NCBI GenBank assembly: GCA_040954595.2 | Contig: CM082586.2 | Span: 7,409,337 to 7,473,336 of the forward strand | DNA: 64,000 bases | Reading direction: 5' to 3' | From: Balanoglossus misakiensis | Taxonomy: Eukaryota > Animalia > Hemichordata | In this document: piece after piece, positions 1-14,247 of the stretch | How positions within the stretch are numbered: the first letter of the stretch is position 1 | Layout: each line of letters begins with the position of its first letter | Notes under the pieces: generated by a model | Seen by the model: only the letters and a program-made list of their open reading frames with translations | Databases searched by the model: none | Told to the model about the DNA's origin: nothing | Program-made: the position numbers and the translations under genes

Positions 1-179
1 TGAAAAGTGGAAATTCTGTCCTGTTTGTTTTTCTATGTAGCACAGATGAAGGGCCGACTGTTTTTTTATGTGACCACGACTCGATGTTTTCGCGAGGGAT
101 GATTAAATAATGATCATGCCTGATGGCGTTCAGGTACCGGATATGCTCGCAGGTAAAATAATTGGAGTTTTATGTTTAC

Positions 180-441
180 GTGACAGTTGAGCAAGACGTC
201 GCCGCGAGTGACGTTGTTCCATGGCAACGGCGCGCGGTCTCCATGGACAAGACAGGATGCGGCGGTTAGACTTTTTAAATCAGCATTATCATATCCGGCG
301 GTACCCGCAAGTCGAAAATCGCTCGCACCATCGAAAAGTGTTGGCGTATACACGTATGACGTAGTGACATCATCGCCCGATACGTATGCTTTGTTGTTTT
401 CATCCAACCCGTCTCCTTTCCTTGTGCAAAAAACATTGTAG
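180..441 (-). CDS. Candidate internal coding exon (262 nt), product unknown
   Basis: On the minus strand a pyrimidine-rich acceptor ttttgtttttatatctcaatttcag| precedes 441 and a donor cac|gtaaac follows 180. Only one frame is open across it (YNVFCTRKGDGLDENNKAYV...NVTRGDVLLNCH, part of ORF 114..473). No recognised homology. Confidence 0.35.
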
Positions 442-781
442 CTGAAATTGAGATATAAAACAAAACTGCGCATAAAAAGATTCTGTCAACACGCCAACGC
501 CCCTTATGTGTCCTGAAAATAATAACGTCTAGATGCTGATAGCGTGTTTATAAACAGAAAGTCGTACAGTTCAGGCGACTACCCCTTTAAACTTGCATGT
601 TGTGTTGATTAGTTTAATAAGCTACCTCTCCTTTCCAAATCAATTTTGCAACGTTTATTTGCAACGTCCGAATGGAATATGTCTAGCCCAAGGATCATAT
701 TGTCTGATTATGATTGAGGTTTTCTCTAAGGAAGCCATATCAGTTTTGCATCAGGGGAAGGGTGACCACGGGGTCATGTTT

Positions 782-816
782 TGACTCTCGCGTGAAATAG
801 ATTCACACGAGAGTCA
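782..816. repeat. Short hairpin (15-bp stem, 1 mismatch, 5-nt loop)
   Basis: tgactctcgcgtgaa (782-796) pairs with ttcacacgagagtca (802-816). Confidence 0.75.
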
Positions 817-3719
817 TACCTAGTCTCGCCTAGCCTAACTCTCCACGATAACATCGAGATCTCTTGCATCTGACCTACTTCCGGGATCAATCCCCCAGAG
901 TAGTGTCATCGCAATATCAAGGCGAGCCGTCACCTTTATGTAAAATGCATATCGGGGCCCCATGCGGATATACTGTGTCTGTACCGACAGCTGTATACAC
1001 TGTGCCGCTTCAGATGCCTGTGAAGCGACTCCCGTGGCCGACTGCAGGGGACCTTCTTTGACGCAAAGATCATGATGGTTTGAACTTTCAGTATAGCTGC
1101 ACAAAGATAGACTTAGATATACCTTAAACATCAAGACGATGTTCAGAAGTAACAGAGTGTAACCATGACTTTCATTATTGTAATATTGACCACGCATTTG
1201 TTGTAGTACCGTTTGAGTGTCATAACAGGCCAGTGCCCATACAAGGCAATCATTTGTTTGCTGTTGGAAGTTCAGAGTGATCTTGTTCTGACGCTTATTG
1301 TAGGCTATGGTTGGTCATCATCCCTGCGTTAGCACCCGGCTTGTAAATATGACAAGTAGCTCATTAACGGTGGGATGACGTGTATTGAATATCACACATG
1401 GCGTGGATTTTAATGCAAAAGTAGAATAGAATTCTAAATGAATGTGAATGCGACATTAGAAGGGCACTTGAATACATTCTGCGATGAATAGTCAATCAAG
1501 GAAACGGGCAAGGTTACATCATGAGAATGCTTGGACCTGGAGTAGATACACGACCGTTTGTTTTGTGACGTCTCTATATCTCGATCGACTGCGATTTCCT
1601 CCACGCACTCAAACAATCAATTCAGTCTGTTGTGCGGAATTATCGTTCTTGACGTCACTCATGATGACTGCGCTGGTCGCAACCTATCAAATCAGTCGCA
1701 ACTAAAATCTCCATTTTGAAAGAAAAAAAAACACGGCAGAGGTAGGCAATGAAACCATTCGAAATGGTGCAGTATGAAAGTGTTAGTCGCAAATTTTCAG
1801 CATATCACGTTGTTTTCACGTCATCTTAAAATAATATGTCAGAGCTGCTTAAGGCGCCTGGTATGTAAGTGGTTAGAGGGGTTAAGCTTGGAAAGTTCTT
1901 TGCACCCTTGTTTAAAGGTCGAGCAAATACCAAGAATTCTTCTGGTATTTCTCTGGCATCCAAACCATTAGCATAGTAAAGTCCAGCCTGTCAGTCGAAG
2001 ATATGGCGTGGACAATTAAAACAACATACACAAAAAGATACAATGAATTCTTCACTATAGTAATTGCTCATCAAATTCCTGGTTGTCTGGTAAAACGTGA
2101 TTAAACCAGATTTGGCATTTCATGTTCTTGCGCATCATTAACGGACTTTCATCACCCTCAGGAGGTTAGTATTCACCAGTAATACACGAAGGATTACACG
2201 GGCCTCAAGGCTATAAATAGCCCTCTCTTAACACGCGGTGTTCAAGCTAGTGTTTCCGGCTGTGTTATGTTATTTCTATGTATAGACATCTACTTCAGCC
2301 ATTTGGGCGAACGAACGGATATGCATATTTCCCCCCAAACAACACGAGGACATAAAAATTGGCCCCGGAGCGACTAAACTCACTGAAACAGACAGATCTC
2401 GCTACACCGAGGTTATAATATTCCTAAATATCATCTTCAACTCATTTTTTGAAATTTTATCACACAAAAACCATGACGTAAATGCAAAGATTAACGTCCC
2501 CACCACACTAGTTCTTTATGTACAATTATGTTTCTGTGTACCCTTTGGAAGATGTTATTTCTAGAAAACCAAGCAGCATGCAGAAATCGTGACGTGTATT
2601 ATATGTACATGTATGTGTCTGCCTTTGCGGGAACTGCAAAATGTCCCCAGGAATATTGTGCGCCAGGAACAAACATAAACCTCCAATCTTCACTCGTCTG
2701 TATCATAATCATTTCAACAGCCGCGGTCGGGCAGGTTGTCTTTGTTCGTGGAAATCTTTGGAGACTTTATAAATTGGAAGCGTGCGTGGGTGAGTGAGTG
2801 AGCGCATCAAAGGCGGACAGCAAATGCGCGTCCCGACTGATGTACGTTAACGAACAAGTGAATTTTCGTCTTGTGAGACCCCGGCTAGCTGTTGCGCTGC
2901 GCCGAAGCTCACTTCTGGGGAATCTCTCAAGCAAACGTTGAAGTAGCGGAGGAAATATCAGATGCGTTATTACTTCAGGAGGCTCGTCAGGGGGTTGAGA
3001 GATGTCACACAGCATTTCGCACGACCCCTGTTCCCGGCTAATAGTTTCCCATTGCACACTTAACACGCAGCGTGGTCCACTTACGCAACCTGGAGGGCGG
3101 ATTGATTTGCACGTTGGCGTCCCCAATTCAGGTGTATACACGTCGATATTTTCACCGAGAGCCTGGAAGTTGATCGCACAGGCTATATGATCAGACTAAG
3201 TCCACCTTCATTCTGTTTTTATGAATAATTGCAAGCGGGTTATATCAAGCTCGGATTTTATCAGTCATTTTTATCTACTTTCCTGATGAAAACACGAACT
3301 CGCATGTTAATAAAATGCCAGACTCGCGGCTCCCTTGCGTTCGTTTCATCGACTCTCTCCGTTCTCTAATGAGTGCTATAATGTTGATAGCCGATCTGCA
3401 TGCTGATAGTTCCTCGTGGGCTCCATGCGCTGTGTAGTGCCTTGCCTTCACGACACCACAGTGGTATCTGTGTGTGGTGGAAAATCACCAACGGGCATCG
3501 GCGGAACTGAATAGACGGTACAGTAAACGATTCGCGTGTAATGAGCGCAGACGCTTTTACGCTGGTACCGAACTCGAGGCGACCACGCAGATACGTTGGG
3601 CCCTTCAAATAATAGACTTTCTGGTCTTCCGAGGCGCCATATAGCTGTAACACAGCTTTTCTGACTTTATAATCAATGGTTATTTTCTGGCTTCCTTGCG
3701 CCATACGATAATAACCAAA

Positions 3720-4073
3720 TTAAAGGGACAAAGTCTCTCTCTTGCTGCCCTTTTTCCATTGATTATGTTTGATACAAGACACAGTTTATGTTATTCTACA
3801 AGTGGATAGTGAATCAACGTTCGACCACACACAACTTCCATCCCGTTTGGAGGATATGAGAGTAAAAATCATCTCGCCAAAATGAATAAATGGTAAACAC
3901 CGATTATTCATTTTGGCGAGTTTTTCACTATCGTGTCAGCAAGTTGGATGGAAAATGTGTGTGGTCGAACATTGATTGACTATATATCCACATGTCGAAT
4001 AATATAAACAGTGTTTTGTATCAAACATAATTTTTGGAAAAAAGGGAACGAGAGAGAGACGTTGTCCCTTTAA
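3720..4073. mobile_element. Palindromic MITE with TTAA target-site duplication, Kolobok-like non-autonomous DNA transposon
   Basis: TTAA|AGGGACAAAGTCTCTCTCT ... AGAGAGAGACGTTGTCCCT|TTAA. The arms are imperfectly complementary along the whole 346 bp, with a perfect inner 17-bp inverted repeat (3873-3889/3904-3920). A TTAA TSD with 5'-RR..YY-3' ends is the Kolobok signature. A second copy lies at 25,084-25,319. Confidence 0.85.
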
Positions 4074-6110
4074 CTCTTCAAGTTTGTGGCTTCCAATTAC
4101 AATTTCTGCAATTTGAACTTGCTTAGTGATATATACGTCAGCGATTTGATAGAGAATGCATCCTAGTGATGCATGTGTCTAAATATGATTGGTAGGCATG
4201 ACAAGACAATGGCAATTCCACTTATCAAGATTCACGTTCCTCTAAAAAAAATCACCGATTACGATACAAGGCCAGCTGTTTGCATTTGGACAAGATGGAA
4301 GATTTAGATGTAGACCACCTAACCGAGTCGAATGTATTTGCTCTGTATTTAAAGTCACCCGTTGCCATAGTGATGTTGTGTAACCGCTGACATTCGTCAC
4401 TGAAAATGTGCACTCGATTATGACAATACAAACACGTTTGCTATGATTTATTTGGTTACACATCGATGGAGACGCGTCGTAGTTATGTGCATATCGGGTG
4501 TGCATGCCCTGTTACATTATTTTCAACTTTGCTCGTGTGTGTTCTCGTAAATCTTTCGACCGTTGCCATTTCTGCTCGTTTCCCCACAATTTGCCAAAGA
4601 TAAAATCTTGCAATTCATGTTCAGGTGAGACTTGGCATTTACATTATCTATTTAAGTACGGCGCAAGATTTAAATAGCAATTATTGGAATGGGTTTTGAA
4701 ATTTCCACCAGCGCTTGTGAATTCTTTTGACTCGCGAAATAAATCAAGGACCACGACATAGGAGACCACGACATCTGAAACTAAACTCGTAAAATTAAGA
4801 TGGCGAAGCGGTATGTTGTGAATTTTACAATCTTGAAAATCGATACTTGCGACTTTCTCATTCTATTCCAGATGGACATATACGTTTGGCATTTTACAAT
4901 TCTTAGTTGTTAGATTTTTATTTCCTAACTCGATATGCGACCGAGTAAACCGATACTACGCTGCTGGTTCGTTGCACAAAATGTCAGAAAGCCAAAAGAC
5001 CAAATGTAAGAAAATCACGTTGTTTCTCCTACGATTGTCACAAATCACCTGCACAGGCAATAGTTCCAATCGAGGGAAATCCATCGCTCCGTCATCTGCG
5101 GCAGCTATCAAATATACGCTTGGACAATATAGCAAATTATATAGCGTGAAATATTCACCATGATATCTGCGTTGTCATCAAACACGTTTATTCTTTCTAT
5201 TCTGAAGTATAGGCAGAGACGGAGATGCGTAAGGGATATTGAAAGAGAAAAACAACTTTCCACTCGACCTGCAGGGATCACGGAAGTTCCCGGTGAATTG
5301 AATCATCGCCATTCAATGCATCTCTTGTTCCAAGCCAAATTGCCCCGGCCAACGTTTAATTTGCCATCACATGTCATCTCCATGTGAGCATTGTCTCTGA
5401 CAGCGTCTTCTCAAAAAATGATCGCAAGGGGTAAAACCTTCCCATTAGGCATTTACAGGCTTCGCGCAACGTGTCACTTGGTTATAATGGATATCAGCGA
5501 AGCCTTCTAAAAGTTACCCGTTCTTGCAATTAAGACTTGACCGCAGTGAACAGAAAGCAATCAAAATGTCACTGTATGGTTTGACTTCCAGGGTGTCTCG
5601 TTCAAAACCTCACAAAGGAGGTAAATATTTTCGTGTCATTGCAAAAAATCGTGGGGAAAGTCGGGTTTTCTGTGATAAACTACAATAACACTCCACGGGG
5701 CCAATGACGCACGTCCTTCGGGACACTGCTCGCCCGCCAAGTAAACTTTCTCTGACGTTGTCTGAAAAGACGCGCGGAATTATTGATAACTACAACACAC
5801 ATTTTGTAGGTCATGAATTTTACCGCCAGAGCTGCGGGTTTGCGTCAATAGGACATTATGCGTTGAAAACATGGCGCTCACTTTCACGATTTGCCATTAT
5901 CGTTGCGTCATTCCAAAAGATCACATGAAAGGATGCACATGAATGATATTTTAAAAGGTTCTATTACACCTTACATAAGCAAAAACTATGCTCAAGTTTT
6001 CTGTCAAGTTGCATTAAGATCGTCATGGTGAATGATCCCAATTCAGGCAATGATTGTTCATAAGCGAGCATCCCACATGTGCTAAAACGATTCGCAATAA
6101 TTGTTAGAAA

Positions 6111-6140
6111 AGACAGGCAGCTGAGACAGACGGGCAGCTG

Positions 6141-6173
<33 letters not shown>

Positions 6174-6177
6174 TACA
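6111..6177 (+). repeat. (AGAC)n microsatellite
   Basis: Eight perfect AGAC units at 6141-6172 with degenerate units upstream. Confidence 0.95.
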
Positions 6178-7130
6178 TCAACTCCAGCACATGGCAATAG
6201 CCAAAAGGATTCCAAACACACGATTTTACGCGGGAGACATGGTTTCAATTAAGCGTCGAGGAAACGTCAAAACAAATCGTGACCATCCCTTGACAAGGCT
6301 TTACAAATGAATAGGCGCACTGCAGATAATTAAACGCTCGATGTAGCCAATTAAATCCATAATTAAACGCCTCAGGAAAAGCACAGTGATCACGTGTAGT
6401 ATATAATTCTGATGTGCAAAAACACCAGTTTTTCATTAAACCCAAACGGTCGATGACGCTTCCCACGTGACGATTACATGAACCTCTCTGGATCATCCAC
6501 AGCTGATACGCATCACTCCCTTCGGGCAGAGATATAGTCTGCATGTAACATTCAACGACTCGGATCCGATCGTACTTATCGCTTTATGCATAATTAGATG
6601 TCTGCAGGCAATTGCGCGGAACACTTCCTTTTCGATGGATAGTATATAAGGCATGCACACACTGCAAGACAGAGTGTAACTTTTTGTAGCATTAATCTGC
6701 TAGTTTGAGACAACAAGGTGGATTGTGTGGGTGGCCTTTGGCGGGAAACTTTTACACATATTGCGGGAAATATTCCACAGACGCTCGTGGAATGGGGATA
6801 ACGTTCGGTGTTGTGTAATCACCCCTCTAAGGCATGATAATTTGTACAGCAGAATCAGAACCATGCGCTTCAACAAACGTCGCCGATAAGATCTAATGGT
6901 TACTCTGATAGGAACCGCTCCCCAGTAAAAGAGAATAGTATGTGATATTGCGCATATCAGTGCCTGTGGGAGAAAGGACGATGTAAATGCAAATAAGTAT
7001 CAGCCTATTTATCAAATCCGGGCTCTTAAAAACTTGTGAATAAAGAGTTGCATTGAGGCAAAAAGTTTGTTCTTACAGATTTTAACTTTTCATGAAAAAA
7101 ACACCCGGCGTGTAAATAATATTCTCGCTA

Positions 7131-7462
7131 CTTTAAATGGGTTTTGCTACCTAGGCAAGTGATTAATATCTAATGTAGTCGACAGGATTTCAAGATGGCG
7201 GATTTTTGTCATGTTTAATAAACGGGACTTCCGAATCTTAATAAGCGTTAGGTCATACTGAAAATTTGTAGCCGCAAAAAGAAAAAAAATGTTATATATG
7301 CTAACTAAAAAGACGGATATCCTTTAGATAGAGATAAGTCAAGAAATGCATTTAACATATCTCTTCAAACTCTAACTACAGTGAGCTGTCGACCCTTTTA
7401 CCCATAATGCAATTATTACAATATCAACTTGACCCCCTAGCACACAGTAAAAATTTATTTAC
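7131..7462 (+). mobile_element. Diverged copy of the ~340-bp TIR element at 39,052-39,397
   Basis: Collinear shared blocks in the same orientation: gtcgaca..atttcaagatggc.gattttt..catgtttaa, ggtcat.ctgaaa, aagtca.gaaat, ctacagtg.g.tgtcgac, ccca.aatgcaat, ttgacccct. The ends are decayed (tttaaatgggtttt / aaaatttattta). Confidence 0.75.
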
Positions 7463-8837
7463 AGTAGAAAAAGTTGTGTGCAATAAAAATGTCCAAAACG
7501 CTGCCATACAGATGGCAATTAAACCGGGCAGTAAATCAAACAAACGATTACCCGGCAAACTATATCAGATAAAGGTTGAACCACATAGTGTTGTATAAAG
7601 GGCAGGCCAGCCGTGTCCTATAAATGTATAAAATGACAAATAACACCATTTTACGTGAGGTTCTAAATTTTAACGTACAAAGGAATTGTTTGAGTTAATA
7701 TGCATATGATTTACCCGTGAAATTCTGGGTGAATAAAGCTATGGTTTCGAACAAGTATTGTACGAAACAGTTAAAAAATATTCAATTTTACTGCTGCAAA
7801 CATTAGAGTAACCACACACTGCAGGGGTCGTAGTCCGGGTAACAGGTTTTTCATGGTCACGTGATTAAACACATTAGATGCTCACGAGAACCCCTTATCG
7901 CGTCTCTCATCTAGGCAGAAATAGGTGCACCGCACCTCAAGAATCATCTATAACATCTTGTAGATGTATTTAAACAGAGCCGCACCATTAAACATGTTTG
8001 ACAACCACAATTGTGACCGCACGTCATGACCGATGATGCATGATGGTTTCAGGCAGCTGGGCTACTTTGGATGATAAGAGGATAATCACAATTCTTTGAA
8101 AGCAATATTTTGCAAACTTTCCAAAGTCAGTCAACGTACCTCAAATATTTTTTTCCACAATCATATATACTGCATAGACTCACTTTCTCCATTTTGTTTG
8201 GAACCATTGTGGTGATCACGCTCATGTTATGATTGATGCGGTGATCTTAGCGCGCGTGACACTTTCTCAATTTTCGTCAGAGAGAAAAAAAATCATAAAT
8301 TCGTGTACGCGATTACAGCAGATACCTAGATATATTCTTTTTTAAATTACCTGTCATGACGCTGCTGTGTTAGAACCACTAATGGAAAATGAGCGAATTC
8401 AATGCAAAGGCCCGCCGGGTGAACGTCCCACGGCCGCACGGTGTATACGTCATTGCCAGCGTGACATCGATCCGATAAAAGCTGAAAAACTGAAAAGACT
8501 CAATATGATATGAAGTGAGACTTATCATTTGTCTGCATTGTTAAAAGCTTCGTGGTCGCATTATTTTGCTTGGAGCATATTTATGAATATTGCAGCTTGC
8601 TGACTCAGCTCGGTTCAATGAGAAAGGCGGGTTTCTTCGAATTCTGAGACAATACTCGCATCGTACAGCCTTTGAGACTTTTTTTCGATGCCCCTGGCCA
8701 AATCCATTACAGCTAGGACTGTGCGTTTCTGGGACAATCTCTTTAGCAATAACGGTCTCACGACAACCAGATAATGCGTGAGTATTTACCGATGAATGTT
8801 AGATGGTGCACCGCTTCTTGAAGAGGTCTACTTTCCA

Positions 8838-9377
8838 TTAAAGGTACACGCACGATACCAAAATCGACTGAAACAAACTTTGCTTTGAGTTTTCCAAGTA
8901 AAATCAGTATGGATTATTGGAGACTGGTAATAGAAAATGTGTGGGATTTCGGCCTCAGGGCTCATGGTCGGCCCAGAAGGGGATGTAGCGAAAGGACCGC
9001 CGAGGATGTCGCAGCCGTAATAGTGAATCAGACAGTTTAAATTGAGAGCATCCCATAGGTTATCAACGAGACGGATCTTCAGCTGAAAATGTGACTAGGT
9101 CAAATTTTAAGTCCGACAGACGTCAGCGGTGAGACGCAGTAGCAGCTACAGCATACGCGTGGTGATTGTAGTTTGATTCGATGGGTTAGATGAAATCACC
9201 TTTCCCACTGAATCACGCGCCTACTGTCGCTTTACATTTCAAAAGGGGGTACCATCCGCACGCGTTTGTCAAATTTCTGTAAAATTAATCCTCCGGGACT
9301 TGAACTAGAAACTGCAGTAGATACACAAAACAAAATACAGAAAACACAGCAAAAAGTTTCAGCTTATGGAGCTTTAA
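8838..9377. mobile_element. Possible old TTAA-flanked non-autonomous DNA transposon
   Basis: Begins TTAA|AGGT and ends AGCT|TTAA. Subterminal inverted similarity: ctgaaacaaactttgctttgagttttc versus the reverse complement of gaaaacacagcaaaaagtttcag. The match is loose. Confidence 0.35.
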
Positions 9378-12300
9378 GAAAACGTGATCATGAAACTTTA
9401 AATTTCTAAATTTCTACTCTGACTGTGACGCGAATGATAAACTTGAAGAAAAATGACTCGGACAACGTGCAGCTGAACCACAGAAAACGCCAATCAAGCC
9501 AAAATAACTCAATTCAACCTAACCATAATTTAAAGTGATTTAACCTCTACTCCTCGCTATATTCAAGAAATGAATAGAAATGAATGATCTTGGCGTAAAG
9601 TGAAATTTGCATTTACATAGTGATGAAAAGCGATATTAAGGTTTTATGAAATTACCAGAAATGGAGAAAATATGGCACCCAGGGGGGTGGGCTGCATATC
9701 GAGAGCTGTCCATAAAAATAAACGCATTTCGAATTTATCAACACAACATCCCTGAGTTGTCAGACAAATCGTATGCGCCGAGCAGTAGAATTCGTGTACA
9801 TAGTCCACATACTCGTATACATGAGTGGACGTGTTTCGTTGCCATGACAATATAGGGCTGTAGTACTATTGTGTTCTTCCGCCAACAGCTGTGGCGCGTC
9901 AACTTATCCTGTAACAGGTGACGTCCGGCTAATAATTAACAGAAAAGGGAAATGAGAAAACTGTCAGAGTAAAACATACCGGGCCTGTAGCGGGAAATTT
10001 ATCGTCGTCGTTATGTACACAAACCGATCTGTGAGAAATCGGTTCAACATTGAGGCATGCAAACAATTATTTAAAAAAAACTGCGTATATAGCAATAAAT
10101 ATCTTAGCAATAACGTTTTGTGATGGTTTGTATTTGAAACATAACGATAACACTAGGTTCCATTTGAATGTTGACATAATCGCCTTACATATATTTCACC
10201 TATTTCAATGTCAATTGTTGTTAGTACATGTATGCATAAAAACATTTGGAAATTGACCTGACCTAGAAAACATATCGTGACCTCTATTTAATTGAAAAGA
10301 AATGTGCCCTGGTATGGGTCCGCGAATATAATTAAGGCTGTGTGATAGGTTTGCAATAAATTTTATACCGCAACTTTCAGGGACAAATAAATCATTTGTA
10401 CCCAAGCCTAAACATCAGTGGAAAGCGTTATTTTATGAATTTTATTCATTTGTTATAACAGTTTGCAGAGGTGTTTTGTAGTTCTGAAAGTAACGGATTA
10501 GGTAACATTATTTGGAGAAAATATAGCTGTCTCTCGACATAATGGTCATTATAACAACACAATCTATTGTTACTCAAGTAAACAATTGTGAGACATTGAT
10601 TCGGATGATATGTGTTCAGTATTATTGTGAGAAAATCCAGTGGACTTTATGAAATCCATTTGTTATTTAAACTATTTAGAAGACAAACAAATGTGTCAAA
10701 ACGCCGAACCGAGAAAATGCTAATTAAAGACAGGAAGTTGCCATACCTTTCCCCGTTAACATAGTTAAATGCGTGTAATAGTGTTTCGGAGTCCCCTTAT
10801 CATTTCAAACTTTCCTGAAAATCAGACTATGCAGCATTTTTGCGCTATTCTGACACTACTCTCTGAAATAAATTGCTCTGCATACTGTATTATCACCTTA
10901 TGCATTATCATTTGACAATACAATTTAGCCCCATTGTCCAAGGGTACAACAGCCGTCGGCTGGGTTATGAATGCAAACAAAACTACAGACGAAAAACCTT
11001 CAAGTACTTAATTACATTAATCAATGGTTATATATTGGCTCTATTTTCAATGGCGTGTTTGCTCGGAAGCCCATCGAGCCAAAGTCATCAGCTCCACGGA
11101 TGATAGAGTGGTCTGCATGGCCTGAGGTTACGAGTACTTGGAAAAGTAATTGCCTCCTCCACTTTGAGGCGATTTATAAGAGCAATTTCGGTAATACCCC
11201 GAGCGCTGCAAACACTTTTCCGTTAGCAAACAGTGGAGACTAAACATTGACGTGACGTTGAAGGCCAGTCACACGTGACTCCGCTGTGACGTCTCCTTTT
11301 CACCTCGACTAAATTATTCACCCAAAGTCATTTTACACCTGCTTGAATGATTTATGACTCCGCGATTTACGATGTTTGCCCAACGATTCCCTCTTAGGTT
11401 AGCGGATTAGCCAACGATTGATTAACCTGCGGGTGAGACGTGAATACACTTTTGTGGGAGCGATATAATAGCAAAGTGGGGGCCTGCTGAAATATTAATA
11501 ACTGGTGCCGTGAAAGACGTGCTTCGTGACAATATTCGTGACGCTGGCCGGCCGTATCCGGCAGTTCAGTAACGGCTTACACCACCGATGCCCTGCACCC
11601 TGCATACATATGTTATCAATAAAATATTACCATTCCTTCTAAGACTGTTCAGCTGTGTCATCAGTGAAAAGCACGGTTTGTGGAGTGACCGCGGAAATTG
11701 CATGTCAACGTTTAAATTCCATCTGATAATTTTTTATATTAAAATTCAACAATCGCCATTATTTTCCAGACAACATATGGCCCATATTCCCCGTCTCGAT
11801 TCCATGGCACGAAATCATCATAACGTTTCACGATTTTTTTAATAACAGAAATTTTAATCTGTAATGACACTTTAATTTTGACACATTTCTGCTATTAAAC
11901 GAAGATTTAACAATGATAAACAATTTTAAATGATGACAATATCTTGCCACTCACCCAGTATCCAATTATAAACTCATTTTCTGATTGCCTTTCTAATTCA
12001 GTAACAATCATTCAACCACTACAAGGCTCGTGCAAAACTGATAAAATCGCCCTTCATAATCGTCCATCGCACTTTGAACTTTGACCTCTTCACAGTGGGC
12101 AGGATCAACTTGTACTGCTCACGCGCTCTGTCTCTTGGTTAAGATGCCTCGGCGGGCGAAGTAAATGGAAGTTCTCATTAAAAATTATTGATTGAAATCT
12201 GATATTTCTTATCAAAATTCCAAGCTTCCCATGGTTTGACGGGTAGATTCTTTATGGCATCGATATAAACTAAATTTTCGTGATAAACCTTGCACTTTGA

Positions 12301-14247
12301 CCCTTTGGATATTTTTATAAAGTTAACAGACGATCAAGAATGTTACTACGTTAGAATATGATTTAATTTGCGAGATAATAAGTGATTTTATCATGCAATG
12401 AAAGATGCCAACAATTTTACTGACATCCAGTTATTTCACAAACCTCATAAATTGTATTGCTAAGAATCGCGGAGGCAAAAATTTGCTAACCTTTCGTGTT
12501 CGGATATAAACCTACATAATATACGAGCTTTTTAAACAAAACCAGATACATAGTGTGATGACCTCATCAGTCATGGTTGCCAAGGAATGACCCTTGTTAG
12601 CAACCGTGGGATTACCTGTGCACGGTTTTAGCGAGAGCTTCAATTCAGAAACACATGGTCCATTTTCTAGACTGTGATTTACGCGTACATGAAATCATTG
12701 CAGCTTACACAACAAGGAGTGTACATTCGGGAGACTTTCAGAACAGATATACTTCGCTGAATGTGATTGAAACATGTTTTTATTATAATTCGCTGGCGTG
12801 TAGTGGTTTTATGCACATAAAGTTATGGTAAACGTCGTGAAAACTGGCAAAATGGCGATGAGCTCAGTGAACCGTGGGTAAATTTTCATCCGGGTATTGC
12901 GTGAGTGTGAGTGTGCTGCTTTGATATCAAACCCGGCAAGCGAACCATTTGCTTAGTCAACTCTAAGAGGTTGAACTGAGCTACTTAAAGTCAATGCAGA
13001 GGAGGCCTGTACTATTAAGTTTTCTTCAAATGCCAAAGTATGGCGATGATTTCCTGAAAGGTTAAGGCACTCTTCAACGAAATACCAGGATGCATAGTTC
13101 ATATGAAAGTGGCCAATTCGCAAATTGTGGAGAGATCGTTACAAGAACATCACTTCCGCCGTCGCCCACTTCCAAGAGGTTGCGCAAAAAGTTTTACGCA
13201 TGCGTACGATTTCGAACCGTTCCAGTGGTAGTTAAATGCTAGGAAAGAAGTCACACAGCTGCCGCGAAACCCTAGTAACCTAGAGTCCGAAAAATACCAA
13301 AATTGACGTAAAAAGCGGTGTTTCTTGACTCATGTCAATTGAGTATATCATATCAGGTGACATTCCACCCGGCAATGCATTTAAATTTTATGCTGCGACG
13401 TTTTTGCATGATACGCAAGTGTGAGATTTTGACATTTTGAATGACATTTTCTATTGCATGGGTATAAATGTGATTCTGCTATGCAGTGATGAGACATTGT
13501 GCAGTGAAGTGTAAATTCTGTAGATGGGGTTTTATCTCACAGTTACATAATTGTGACTATTCTTAATGTTTGTCAGGTCTACTGGCTAGTCTGATAGGGT
13601 ACATTCCCTATTCAATGGCTCTAGGCCTACCTGTCGCAAAAAAGTTCGATCACTGTCCCAACGCTGCAGCCAAAGCCGCTTAATAAGCTCACAGGTGCGT
13701 GCGCACTTATTGAAAACAGTGGTTGAGCTTGGGGGTCTTCTTCCACTTACATGCGCATGACATGTGACAATTACGGATGGCTCAAAGATGCTAATGGTCT
13801 TTTGTGCGGTAAGGCTAAGCGGTGACCGGGCGTGTTTCGTGGAAAGTCGGCGCACATCAAAACGAAACCGCAGAGTGCGCACGATCACTTTCGCCTGTAG
13901 CGACATCAGTGACAAGAAAGAGTTTTGAAGCATTGTATTTCTCGTCTATCAGAAAGGTTTGAGAGAAAATGTCAAGTATGCGAGTACGTGGAACAGTTGA
14001 GTGGGATAGCCGAATCACTTGGAAGGTATCAGAGCGAGAAAATGGGGCGCAGTTAATTCAAACGTTGACACTGGCTGTTAATGCATCCCGTATAAGGGGT
14101 ATAGCCTAGGCCTACTCCGATAACCGACCTGGTTCTCGAAGACTCAAAAATGAATGTTACAGTTTTGACATGCACGGCAGAACTCCAGGTTCGGGTTTTG
14201 AGTGTCGAGACGATATTCGCTGATCACTGTGTCTCACGTGACTACTA

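Noticed and set aside
2209-2222. MEF2/TATA palindrome ggctataaatagcc as a promoter
   Set aside because: An isolated motif with no supporting exon or LTR structure.
3366-3704. 112-aa minus-strand ORF next to the MITE as a transposase fragment
   Set aside because: No DDE, zinc-finger or other recognisable motif, and it lies outside the TSD.
4749-4774. gaccacgacat direct repeat, and similar short duplications near 35,213 and 37,168
   Set aside because: Only 2-3 short units, consistent with ordinary replication slippage.
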